Source of the DNA: the human T2T-CHM13v2.0 reference genome, Homo sapiens
Length of the DNA: 64,000 bases
Direction of reading: 5' to 3'
NCBI GenBank assembly: GCA_009914755.4
Contig: CP068257.2
Coordinates: forward strand, 1,984,001 to 2,048,000
In this document: positions 53,101-64,000 of the stretch, in pieces
Layout: each line of letters opens with the position of its first letter
Numbering within the stretch: the first letter of the stretch is position 1
The notes under the pieces: model-generated
The model's database searches: none
The model's input: only the letters and a program-made list of their open reading frames with translations
What the model was told of the DNA's origin: nothing
Position numbers and translations under genes: made by a program

Positions 53101-56100
53101 GGAATGGAATGGAATGGTGTGGATAGCAGTGGCGTGGAGTGGAGTGGAATGGAATGGAATGGAATGGAATGGAACGGAGTAGAATGGAATGGTGTGGAAG
53201 TCAATGGAGTCCAATGCAATGGGGTGGAATGTAGTTGAATGAAATGCTGTGGAGTGGAATGTAATGAAATGGTATGCAATGGAACGGGGTGGAATGGAGT
53301 GGAATGGTTTGGAATGAAATGAAACGGAGATGAGTGGAGTGGAGTGCATTGGAATGGAGTGGAATGCATTGTAATGTTATGGAATGGAATGGAGTGAAGT
53401 GGAAAGGAGTGGAGTGGAGAGGAATGGAATGGAATGAAATGAAATGGAGTGGAGTGGAGTGGAATGGAATGGAGTGGTATGTAGTGGTGTGGAGAGGAAA
53501 TTAATGGAATGGAGTGGATTGGAATGGAATGGAAAGTGGAGTAGAGTTGAATGCGATGGAATGGAATGGAATGGAATTCAGTTAAAAGGAATGGAGTGGA
53601 TTGGAATTCAGTGGAATAGAATGGAAAGGAGTGGTGTGGAATGGAATGGAATGGAGTGGAGTGGATTTGAATGAAATTGAATGGAATGGAATGCAGGGGA
53701 GTGGAGTGGAGTGGAATGGAATGGAGTTGAGTGGAGTGGAGAGGAGTGGAGTGAAGTGGATCGGAGTAGAGTGTAATGGAATAGAACGGATTTCAGTGGA
53801 GTGGAGTGGAATGGAATGGAGTGGAGTTGAGTGGAATGGATTGGAGTGGAGTGGAGGCGAGTGGAGTGGAATTGATTGGAGTGAAGTAGAATAAAAAGGA
53901 ATGGTGTGGATGGAGTGTATTTGAATGGATTGGAACGGAATGGAGTTTAGAGGCGTGGAGTGGAATGGAGTGGATTAGAAAGGAATGGAGTGGAGTGGAA
54001 TGCATTGTAGTGGCGTGGAGTCAAGTGGAGTGGAGTGGAATGGAGTGGTTCTTATGGTGGTGGAATAGAATGGAATGGAGTGGAATGGAATGGAATGGTG
54101 TAGAATAGAAAGGAATGGAAGTGAAAGTAAGGGAGTGGAATAGAATGGATTGGAATGCAGTGGATTGCAATGGAATGGAATGGAGTGGAATGGAATGGAA
54201 TGGAATTCAATGGAATTGAGTGGAGAGGAGTTTAATGGAATAAAATGGAGTGGTACAGAATTGAATGGAATGGAGTAGAGTGGAGTGGAGTGAAATGCAA
54301 TGGAGGGGAGTGAAGGGGAATGAAATAGAATGCAATGGAATGGAATTGTATGGAATGGAGTGGAGGTGAAAGGGATCGAGAGGAGTGAAATTGAATGGAA
54401 AGGAATGTTATGGAATTGAAAGCAACGGAATGGAAGGGAGTGGATTGCAATGGAATGGAATGGAATGGAGTGGAATGGAGTGGAGTGGAGAGCAGTGGAA
54501 TGGAACGGTGTCGAGTGGAGTGGGGTGGAACAGAGTGGAATGGAATGGAGTGGAGTGGAATGGAGTCGAGTGGATTCGAATCGAGTGGAATAGAATGGAA
54601 ACGAATAGAATGGAAAGGGATGCAGAAGAGAGGAATGCAGTGGAATGGGTTGGAGTGGAATGCACTGCAGTGGAGTGGATTGGAAAGGAATGGAGTGGAA
54701 TAGAATGTAGTAGAATGGAGTGGAGTGAAGTGGAAAGGAATGGAGTGAAATGGATAGGAGTGGAAAGGAGTGGAACGGTTTGGAGTAGAATGTAGTGGAA
54801 TCAAGTGGAGTGGAAAGGAATGGAACGGAATGCATTAGAATGGAATGGAATGGAGTGGAATTGAGTGGAGAGGAATGGAATGGAATAGAATGAAATGGAA
54901 TGGAACAGAGTGGAATGGAATGTAATGGAATGTAGTGGAGTAGAGTGGAATATAATGGAAAGTACGGAAGTGGAATGGAATGGAGTGGAATGGAATGGAA
55001 TCGAATGCAATTTATTGGAATAGAGTGGAATGGAATGGAATGGATTGGAATGGAATGGAGTGGAGAGGTATGGACTGGAAGGGAGAGGATTGGAGTGGAG
55101 AAAAGTGCAGTGGAATCGTGTGGAATGGAGTGAAATATAACGGAATCTATAGGAGTGGAATGGAATGGAGTGGAGTGGAATGGAATGGAGTGGAGTGGAA
55201 TGTAATGGACAGGAATGATATGGAGAGAAATGGAGTTGAGTGGAATGGAAAGTAATGGAGTGAAATAGCATGGAATGGAATCGAGTGGAGTTGAATGGAA
55301 TGGAATGGAGTGGAATTGAGAGGAGTGGAGTGGAGTGGAATGGATTGCACTGGAATGGAAGGGAATTCTCTTGAATGGAATAAAATGGAATGGAATGGAG
55401 TGGAATGGAATGGATAGGAATGAAGTGCAGTTGTGAGGAATGGAATGGAATGGAGTGCAACGGATTGGAGTGGAATGAGGTGGAATGAAATTAATTAGAG
55501 TGGAATGGATTGGAATGGAATGGAATGGACTGCAATCGAGTGGCGTGGGTGGAATGCAATGAAATGGAATGGAGCGGAGTGGAGTGGAGTGGAACGGAAT
55601 GGAATGCAGTGGATTAGAGTGGCATGGTTGGAATTGAATGAAATGGAATGGAATGGAGTGCAGTGGAATGCAATGGTGTAGAGTGGTGTGGAGGGGAGTG
55701 GAGTGGAGTGAAATGTTGTGGAGTGGAGTGGAATGGAGAAAAACGGAATGGAATGGAGTGGAATCGAATGGAGAGGAATGGAATGGAGTGGAATGGAGTG
55801 GAATGGAATGGAATGGAATGGACTGGAATAGTATGGAATGGAATGCTATTGATCGAATGGAATGGAGTGTATTTGAATGGAAGACAATGGAATGGAATGG
55901 ACTGGCGGTTGGTGGAGTGGTGTAGACTGGAGTTGAATGGAATGGAATGGAATGGAGTAGAATGGAATGGAATGCAATGGAATAAAGGGGAATGGAATGG
56001 AATGGAAAGGAGTGGAGGGGAATGGAATCAAAAGGAATGAAAAGGAATTTTGGGGAGTGGAATGGAAATGAAAGGAATAAAATGCAATGGAGTGGATTGG

Positions 56101-57559
56101 AGTCGAGTGAAGTGGAATGGAATGGAGTGTAATGGAGTGGTATAGAATGGAATGGAATGGAGTGGATTGGAGAGAAAGGAGTGGAGTGGAGTGGAAGGGA
56201 GTGGAGTGGAAGGGATTGGAATGGAATGCAATGCAGTGGAATAGAATGGAATCAATAGGAGTGGAATGGAATGCAGGCGAGTGGAATGGAATGGGCTGGA
56301 ATGGAACGTAGAGAAATGGATTGGGGTGGAAGGGAATGAAATGGAGTGGAATGGAGTGCAGTGGAATGGTGTGAAGTGGAATGGAATTAAACGGAATGGA
56401 ATGGAGCGGAGTGCACTGAAGAGGAATGGAGTGGAGTGCAATGGAATGGAATGGACTGAAATGGAATTGTTTGGAATGGAAAGGAATGTGGTGGAATGTA
56501 ACGGAATGGAGAGGAATGGATTGGAGTGGAATGGAATGGAGTGGAAAGGAATGGAAAGTAATGGAGTTTACTGGAATGCAATGGAATGAAATGGAATGGA
56601 ATGGAATGGAATGCAATTGAATGGAGTGGAATGCAATGGAATGGAATCGAGTGGATTGGATTGGAATGGAATGGAATAGAATGGAACAGATTGGAACGGA
56701 ATGGAGTGGAACGGAATGGATTGTAATGGAATGGAATGGAATAGAATCGAATCGAATGGAATGGAAGGGAAGGAAAAGGAATAGAATGGAATGGATTAGA
56801 ATGGAAGGGAGTGGAGTGGAATGGAATGGAATCGAGTGTAGTGGAATGGAATGGAGTGGAATGGATTGGAATGGAATGGAATGGAATGGAATAGAATGGA
56901 ATGGAATGGAGGGGATTGTAGTGGAGGGCTGTGGATAGGAATCGAGGGGAGTGGAATGGATTGGAATGGAAGGGAATGGAATGGAATCGAATGGAGTGGA
57001 GGGGATTGGACTGGAGGGCTGTGGATTGGAATGGAGTGGAATCGAATGGAATGGAATGGAGTGGAGTGGAATGAGGTAGAGTGAAATGAAATGGAAGGGA
57101 ATGGAGTGGAGTGGGGTGGAATGGAATTGAGTGTAATGGTGGGGAGAGGATTGGACAGGAGTAGAGTGCAGTGGAATGGAGAGTAGCGGAGTGGAGTGGA
57201 ATGGAATTAAATGGAATGGAATGGAGTCGAATGGAATGTAGTGGAATGGAGAGGAGTGCAATTGAATGGATTGGAATGGAATGGGGTGGAATGAAATGGA
57301 GTGGAATGGAATGGAGTGTATAGGACAGGAATGCAATAAAGTGGAATGGATTGGAGAGGAGTGGAACCGAATAGAATGGAGTGGAAATGAATGAAATGGA
57401 AAGGAATGGAGTGGATTGGAATGGAGTGACGTGGAATGGATTGCAATGGACTGGATTGGAATGGACTGGAGTGGAATGGAGTAGATTGAAATGAAATGTA
57501 ATGGAATGGAATGCAATGGAATGGAATAGAAAGGAGTGGAATGGAGTGTAATGGAAAGG

Positions 57560-60500
57560 AACGGATCAGAATTGAATGGAATGGAATGGAGTGGAATGTA
57601 GTGGAGTGGAATGGAATGGAGTGGAGTGAAGTGGATTGGAACAGAATGGAATGGCATGGAATGGAATGGAGTGGATTTCAATGGAATGTAATAGAATGGA
57701 GAGGAATGTAGTGGAGTGGAGTGCTGTGGAATGGAATGGTGTGGAGTGGAGTGGAGGGGAATGGTGTGGAAAGAATGGAGTGGAGTGGAGCGGAATGGAG
57801 TGCAGTGGAGGGGAATACAAAGGAATAGAATGGAAAAGAATTGAATGGAGTGGAATGCAGAAGAGAGGAGTGGAGTGTAATGGATTGGAGTGGAATGTAA
57901 TGCAGTGGAGTGGATTGGACTGGAATTTAGTGGAATGGAATGGAAACGAGTACAATGGAATGGAATGGAATGGAATGGAGTGGGGTGGAGTGGAATGGAA
58001 TGGAGTGGAAAGCAGTTGAGTGCAGTGGATAGGAATGGAATTTAGTGGAATGGAATGGAGTGGCATTGAATGAAATGGAATGGAATGGAATGGATTGTGG
58101 TGGAGTGGATTGGAATTGAGTGGAGTGGTATAGAATGCAATGGAATGGAGTGGAGGGCAACGGAGTGGAGTGGGGTCGAGGGGAATAGAATGGAATGGAG
58201 AGAAATTGAAAGGATTTCACTTGAATTGAGTGGATTAAAGAGGATTGGTATGGAACGGAGAGGATTGGAAAGGAGTGGAATGGATTGGAGTGCAGTGGAG
58301 TAGATTGGAATGGAGTGGAGCGTAATGGAATGGAATGGAATGGAGTGGAACGGAGTAGAGTGAAATGGAATGGAGTGGAACGGAGTGGAGTGAAATGGAA
58401 TGGAGTGGAACGGAATGGAGTGGAATTGATTGGAGTGTAGTGGAGTGGAATGGAAAGGAATGAAACGGAGTGGAGCGTAATGGAATGGAGTGGAACGGAA
58501 TGGAGTGGAATTGATTGGAGTGTAGTGGAGTGGAATGGAAAGGAATGAAATGGAGTGGAGCGTAATGGAATAGAAAGGTTTGGAGTGGAGTGGAATGGAA
58601 TGGAGTGGAATGCAATGGAGTGGGGTGGAGGGGAATGGAATTGAGTGGAGTGGAATAGAAGGGAATGGAATAGAATATCGTGGAGTGAAGTGGAGTGAGG
58701 TCGACTGGATGGTAATTGAAAGGAATGGAATGCAATGGAATGGAACGTAGTGGAATGGAAAACAGAGGAATGCAAAGGAATGGAGTGGAATGGAATGGAC
58801 TAGAGTGGAGTGAAGTTGAATGGAATGTACTCGAATGGCATGGAAAGAAATGGAATACAATGGAGTGGAGTGGAATGGATTGGAGGAGAGAAATGGAATG
58901 AAATGCAATGGAGTGGAGGGGAGTGAAGTGGAATGGAAACGAGAGGAATGTAGTGGAGTGAAGTGGATTGGAATGGAATATAGTGGAGCTGAATGGAATG
59001 GAGTGGAATGAAATGGAACGAAATGTAATTGAATGGAAAGGAGTGAAGTGGAGTGGAATGGAATTGAGTACACTGATATGGAATGGAATGGAATGGAATG
59101 GAATGGAATGGAGTGGAGTGGAGTGGAGTGGAGTGGGGTCGACTGGAATGGAATTGAATGGAATGGAATGGAATTGAATGGAATGGAATGGAATTGAATG
59201 GAATGGAATGGAATAGATTGGAATGGAAATGAATAGAATGCGATGGAGGGGAGTGCAATGAAATGGAACGAAAGCATTGGAATCGAATGGAGTGGAATAT
59301 AATAGCATGGAATAGATGGGAATGGAATGGAGTGGAATGGAGTGGAGTGGAATGGAATAGAGCGGAATGGATTGGAGGTGAGTGGAATGCAATGGAGTGG
59401 GATGGAGTGGAGTGGAATGGAATCGAATGGATTCCTGTGGAAAGGAATGAATTGGAATGCATTGGAGAGGAATGGAGAGGAATGGAGTGTAGTGCAAAGG
59501 AATGAAGAGGAATGGAATGGAGTGGAATAGAGTTGAGTGGAGTGGAATAGATTGGAGTGTAATGGAGTTTAGTGGTGTGGAATGGAATGCCGTGGAATGG
59601 AGTTGAATGGAGTGGAATGGAATGGAATGGAATGGAATGGAACGGATTTGAATGGAATGGAGTGGAATGGAATTGAGTGGAATTGAGTGGAGTGGAGAAA
59701 ACTGCAGTGGAGAGGGGTCGAGTGGATGGGAATGGAATGGAATGGAATTGAGTGTAAAGGAATGGAGTGGAGAGGAATGGAATGGAATGGAGTGGTGTGG
59801 AATGGAGTGGAAAGGAATGGAATGGAATGCAATGTAGAGGAGTGGTGTGGTGTGGAATGGAATGGAGTGGACTGGGATGGAATGAAATGGAATTGAATTT
59901 AATGGAATGGAATGTAATGGAGAGGATGGGAGTTTAGTGGAATGGAATAGATTGGAATGGAGTGGAGTAGAATGTAACGGAATGGAATTGAGTGGAGTGG
60001 AATAGAATGGAATGGATTGGAATTTAATGGACTGGACAAGAGTGGAATGGAGTTGAGTAGAGTGAAGTGGAATTGAATGGAATGGAATGGAGCGGAATGC
60101 TGTGGAGTGGACTTGAGTGGAATGGAATACAGTGGAGTGAAGTTGAATGGAAAGGAATGGAATGGAATGGAATGGAGTGGAGTGGAATAGAATGGAGGAG
60201 AATGGAATGGAATGGAATGGTGTGGAGTGTAATTGAATGGAATGGAATGCAGTGGAATTGAAAGGAAAGGAATGGAATGCAATGAAATGGAGTGGAGTGG
60301 AGTGGAGTGGAATGGAATGGAGAGCAGTGAAGTGGAATTTAATAGATGTAATGGAATGGAGTGGAATGGAATGGAGTGGTGTGAAATGAAAAGGAATGGA
60401 ATGGAATGGAATGGATTGGAAAAGAATGGAATGGAGGGGAATGGAATGGAATGGAAGGGACTGGAATGGCTTCGAGTGGAGTGTAGTGGAATGGAGTGGA

Positions 60501-63500
60501 ATAGAATGGAAAGGAGTGGAATGGAATCGAATGAGTGGAACGGAATGGAATGCAATGGAATGGAATGGAATGGAATGTAGTGGAGCAGAGTGGAATGGAA
60601 TGGAATGGAATATAGAGTAGTGGAATGGAATGGAATGGAATGCAATGGAATGGAATGGAGTGGAATAGAATGGAATGGAATGCAATGGAATGGAATGGAG
60701 TGGAGAGGTATGGAGTGGAGGGGAGTGGATTGGAGTGGAGAGGAATGGAGTGGAATCTTGTTCAATGGAGTGGAATATAATGGAATCAAGTGGAGTGGAA
60801 TGGATTGGAGTGGAGTGGAATGGAGTGGAGTGGAGAGGAATGGAATGGAGTGGAATGCAGTGGAGTGGAGTGGAATGGAGGGCAGTGGAATGGAATGGAT
60901 AGGAGTGGAGTGGAGAGGACTGGACTTGTGTGGAATGGAATGGAATGGAATGGAGTGGGATTGAGAGGAGTGGAGTGGAGTAGAATGGATTGCACTGGAA
61001 TGGAATGGAATGGAATTCAGTTGAATGGAATAGATTGGAATGGAACGGAGTTCAATGGAATGGAGAGTAATGAAGTGGAGTGGAGAGGAGTGGAATGGAA
61101 TGGAGTGGAATGGAGTGGAGTGGAATGGAATAAAGTGGAATGGAGTGGATTGGAACGGAATGGAATGGAATGGATTCAAGTGGTGTGGGTGGAATGGAAT
61201 GAAATGGAATGGAGTGGACAGAAGTGGAGTGGAATGCATTGGAATGGAGTGGCTTCGAATGGTGTCGGTGGAATGGAAGGAAATGAAATGGAGTGAAGTG
61301 GAATGGAGTGGAATGCAATTGTTTGGAGTGGTGTGGAGATAAGTAGAGTGGAGTGAAATGTTGTGGAGTGGAGTGGAATGGAGTAAAATGGAATGGAATG
61401 AAGTGGAGTGGAATGGAATGGAGTGGAATGTAACGGAGTGGATTGGAGAGGAATGGATTGGAGTGGAATCGACTGGAGTGGAATGGAAAGGATTGGAGTG
61501 GACAGGAATGGAATGAAGTGGATTGGAGTGGAGTGGAACAGAATGGAACGGAGTGCAGTGGAGTAGAATGGAATGGAGTGGAACGGAATGGAGTGGAAGA
61601 GAATGGAGTGGGGCAGAGTGGAGTGGACTCGAATGGAATGGAATGGAGTGGAATGGATTGGAACGAAATGGGAAGGAATGGATTGGAGTGGAATAGAATG
61701 GAGTGGGATGGAATGAAGTGGAATGGAATGGAGAGGAGTGGAGAGGAATAGAATGGAGTGAAATACAGTAGAGTGGAATGGAATGGAATGTAGTGGAGAG
61801 GAATGGAATTGAATGGAATGGAATTCAGAGGAATGAAGTGGAGTGGAGTGGAATGGAATGGAATGGAGTAGAATGGAATGGAATGAAATGGAATGGATTG
61901 GAGTGCAGGGGAGCAGAATGCAATGGAAAGGAGTGAAATGGAATGGAATGGAATCTAATGGAAAGGAATGGAATGGAAAGGACTGGAGTTGAAAGGAATT
62001 GAGAGGAATGAAATGGACTAGAATGTCATGGAATGGAATGGAATGTAGTGGATTTCAATGGAATGTAATAGAATAGAGTGGAATGTAGTTGTGTGGAGTG
62101 CAGTGGAATGGAAAGTTGTGGATTGGGGTGGAGGGGAATGGTGTGGAAAGAATGGAGTGCAGTGGAGTGGAATGGAGGGTAGTGGAGTGGAATGGAAAGG
62201 AATAGAATCGAAACGAATTGAATGGAATGGAATGCAGAAGACAGGAGTGGAGTGGAATTGATTGGAGTGGAATGTAGCGGAGTGGAGTGGATTGGAATGG
62301 AATGCAAAGGAATGGAATGGAAACGAGTACAATGGAATGGAAAGGAACGGAATGAAGTGGGGTGGAGTGGAATGGAATGGAGTGGAATGCAGTTGAGTAA
62401 AGTGGATTGGAATGGAATGTAGTGGAATGGAATGGAATGGAGTAGCATAGAATGAAATGGAATGGAGTGGGGTGGAGTGGAGTGGAATTGACTGGAGTGG
62501 TATAGAATGCAATGGAATGGAGAGGAGGGCAGTGGAGTGGAGTGGGGTCAAGTGGAATAGAATGGAATGGAGACGAATTGAATGGATTGACTTGAATGGA
62601 GTGGAATAAAGTCCAGTGGAATGGAAAGGAGAGGAATGGGAAGGAGTGGAATGGATTGGAGAGGAGTGGAGTACATTGGAATGGAGTGGAATGGAGTGAA
62701 GTGCAATGGAATGGAATGGAATGAGTGGAGTGGAATGGAATGGAGTGGAACGGAGTGGAGGGGAATGGAATGGAGTGGAAAGGAATGGAGTGGAATGGAT
62801 TGGAGTGGAGTGGAGTCGAATGGAATGGAGTGAAATGGAGTGGAGCGTAATTGAATGGAAAGGTGTGGAGTTGAGTGGAATGGAAAGGACTGGAATGCAA
62901 TGGAGTGGAATGGATTGAAGTGGAATGGAATGGAGTGGAGTGGAGAGGAATGGAATGGAGTGGAATGCAGTGGAGTGGAGTGGAATGGAGTGGAGTGGAA
63001 TGGAATGGAGTGATATGGAATGGAGTGGAATGGAATGGCATCGAATGGAATGAAATAGAAGGGAATGGAATGGAATGGAACGGAATGGAGTGGAGCGGAA
63101 TGGAATGGAATGGAATGCAATGGAATGGAGTGGAGTGGAATGGAATGGAATGCAAAGGAATGGACTGGAACGGAGTGGAGTGGAGCGGAATGTAATGGAG
63201 ACGATTGGGGTAGAAAGGAACGGAATGGAATGGAGTGGAGTGGAATGGAGTTGAGTGGATTGCAATGGAAAGGAATGGAATGGAGTGATATGGAATGGTG
63301 AGGAAGGGAGTGGATTGGAAAGGAATGGAGAGCAACGAATTGGAGTGGAGTGGATTGGAATGGAATGTAGAGGAACTGAACGGAAAGGAGTGGATTGAAA
63401 TGGAATGGAATGGAACAGAATGGAAAGGAACATAAAGAAATGGAATGGAATGCAATGGAGTGGGGTGGAGGTTAATGGAATAGAGTGGAGAGGAATAGAA

Positions 63501-63570
63501 TGGAATGGAAAAGAATGTCACAGAGTAGAGTGGAGTGAGGACGACTGGATGGTAATTGAAAGGAATGGAA
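57560..63570 (+). repeat. Higher-order repeat: two paralogous blocks of about 1.1 to 1.5 kb, separated by about 4.4 to 4.85 kb.
   Basis: 57661-58230 aligns by eye with 62035-62610 (tggatttcaatggaatgtaatagaat...ggaatgcagaagaga/caggagtggagtg...ggaaacgagtacaatggaatgg...gggtcgag/gggtcaagtggaatagaatggaatggaga...). The distinctive ggagtgaggtcgactggatggtaattgaaaggaatgg at 58690 recurs as ggagtgaggacgactggatggtaattgaaaggaatgg at 63535. Confidence 0.7.
58317..58580 (+). repeat. Nested local duplications: an 85-bp block twice, plus an inner 30-bp block twice.
   Basis: cggaatggagtggaattgattggagtgtagtggagtggaatggaaaggaatgaaa(c/t)ggagtggagcgtaatggaatggagtggaa is found at about 58411 and 58496. cggagt(a/g)gagtgaaatggaatggagtggaa is found at 58351 and 58381. 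Confidence 0.75.
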
Positions 63571-64000
63571 TGGAACGGAGTTGAATGGAATGGAGAGGAA
63601 TGCAATGGAATGGAGTGGAATGGAATGGAGTGGAGTGGAGTGGAGTTGAATAGAATGTACTGGAATGGCATGGAATGGAATGGAATGGAATGGAGTGGAG
63701 TGGAATGGAGTGGAGGGGAGACAAACGGAATGGAATGGAATGGAGGGGAGGGGAGTGAAGTGGAATGTAAACCAGTGGGATGTAGTGGAGTGAAGTGGAT
63801 TGGAATGGAATATAGTGGAATTGAATGGAATGGAGTGGAATGCAATTTACCGAAATGGAAAGGAACGGAATGGAGTAAAGTTGAGTGGAATGGAATTGAG
63901 TGGAGTGGTATGGAATGGAATGGAATGGAATGGAATGGAGTGTAGTGGAGTGAAGTGGGTTCGACTGGAATGGAATTGAACGGAATGGAATGGAATTTAA

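Larger units (their letters stand above)
1..64000 (+). repeat. Human Satellite III (HSat3) pentameric satellite array, (GGAAT)n on + / (ATTCC)n on -. It spans the whole window in one orientation.
   Basis: Nearly every 5-bp step reads GGAAT or a close variant (GGAGT, GGAAC, GAATG, CGAAT). A/G-rich on +, C rare. No reversal of polarity seen. Embedded Alu fragments indicate a primate (human-like) origin. Confidence 0.95.
19060..64000 (+). repeat. HSat3 domain C: GGAGTGGAGTGGAATGG-type subfamily, CpG-poor, with nested higher-order periodicities.
   Basis: Sharp switch at about 19040 to 19070 (...ggactcgaatggatttgaatgg | aatggaatgtaatacaatggaatggagtagaggggaatgg...). From there to the end of the window (apart from the 22.2 to 22.95 kb island) it is dominated by ggagtgg/ggaatgg with rare CpG. 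Confidence 0.75.

Noticed and set aside
1-64000. Possibility of a CRISPR array or other prokaryotic defence/operon system, given the 'undescribed system' prompt.
   Set aside because: The repeats are 5-bp units in continuous tandem with no unique spacers and no cas-like ORFs. The embedded Alu fragments show this is primate nuclear satellite DNA. Nothing here supports a gene-encoded system.
1-64000. CENP-B box (nTTCGnnnnAnnCGGGn) or alpha-satellite 171-bp monomers, telomeric TTAGGG, rDNA.
   Set aside because: No 171-bp periodicity and no convincing CENP-B box. The occasional ggacccgaatgg / ggaccggtctcgaatgg (about 7975, 9210, 10510) do not fit the motif. No TTAGGG runs and no rRNA-like sequence.
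1-64000. Canonical heat-shock elements (alternating inverted nGAAn units) as HSF1 binding sites.
   Set aside because: GAA triplets are ubiquitous but all in direct orientation (GAAtgGAAtgGAA). I did not see regular GAAnnTTC inverted pairs. HSF1 association with SatIII arrays is established knowledge, but I cannot point to a specific HSE in this sequence.

Overview
This 64-kb window is a single, uninterrupted block of human-type pericentromeric Satellite III (HSat3), the (GGAAT)n/(ATTCC)n pentameric satellite. It is written in one polarity (GGAAT-rich strand on +) from base 1 to 64000. I can support no protein-coding genes, rRNA, tRNA, CRISPR arrays or operons. The six-frame ORFs, including the 988-aa one, are artefacts of stop-codon-poor pentamer repeats and translate as MEWNG... 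on + and HSIPFHS... on -.

The array is a mosaic of three domains. (A) 1 to about 3580 is a GGAGTGG/GGAATGG variant with ten copies of a roughly 65-bp Alu 3'-tail fragment built into the repeat unit. All ten are + oriented, truncated at the same 5' point and share the same CpG>TpG changes, so the copies arose by amplification of a single inserted fragment. (B) About 3580 to 19060 is a CpG-dense subfamily of the GGAATCGAATGGAATGGACTCGAATGG type. (C) About 19060 to 64000 is a GGAGTGGAGTGGAATGG-type subfamily that carries a roughly 740-bp island of the B type at 22.2 to 22.95 kb. There is a reciprocal A/C-type island of about 280 bp inside B at 8.52 to 8.80 kb.

On top of the pentamer there are several recent local tandem duplications of 50 to 120 bp. 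In domain C there are higher-order repeat (HOR) structures with periods of about 1.5 kb, 4.4 to 4.85 kb and 5.4 kb.

My honest assessment is that there is no novel cellular system here. The points of interest are structural and evolutionary: the Alu-tail composite satellite unit, the sharp subfamily junctions, the nested higher-order repeats, and possibly transcription of the G-rich strand as stress-induced SatIII RNA.
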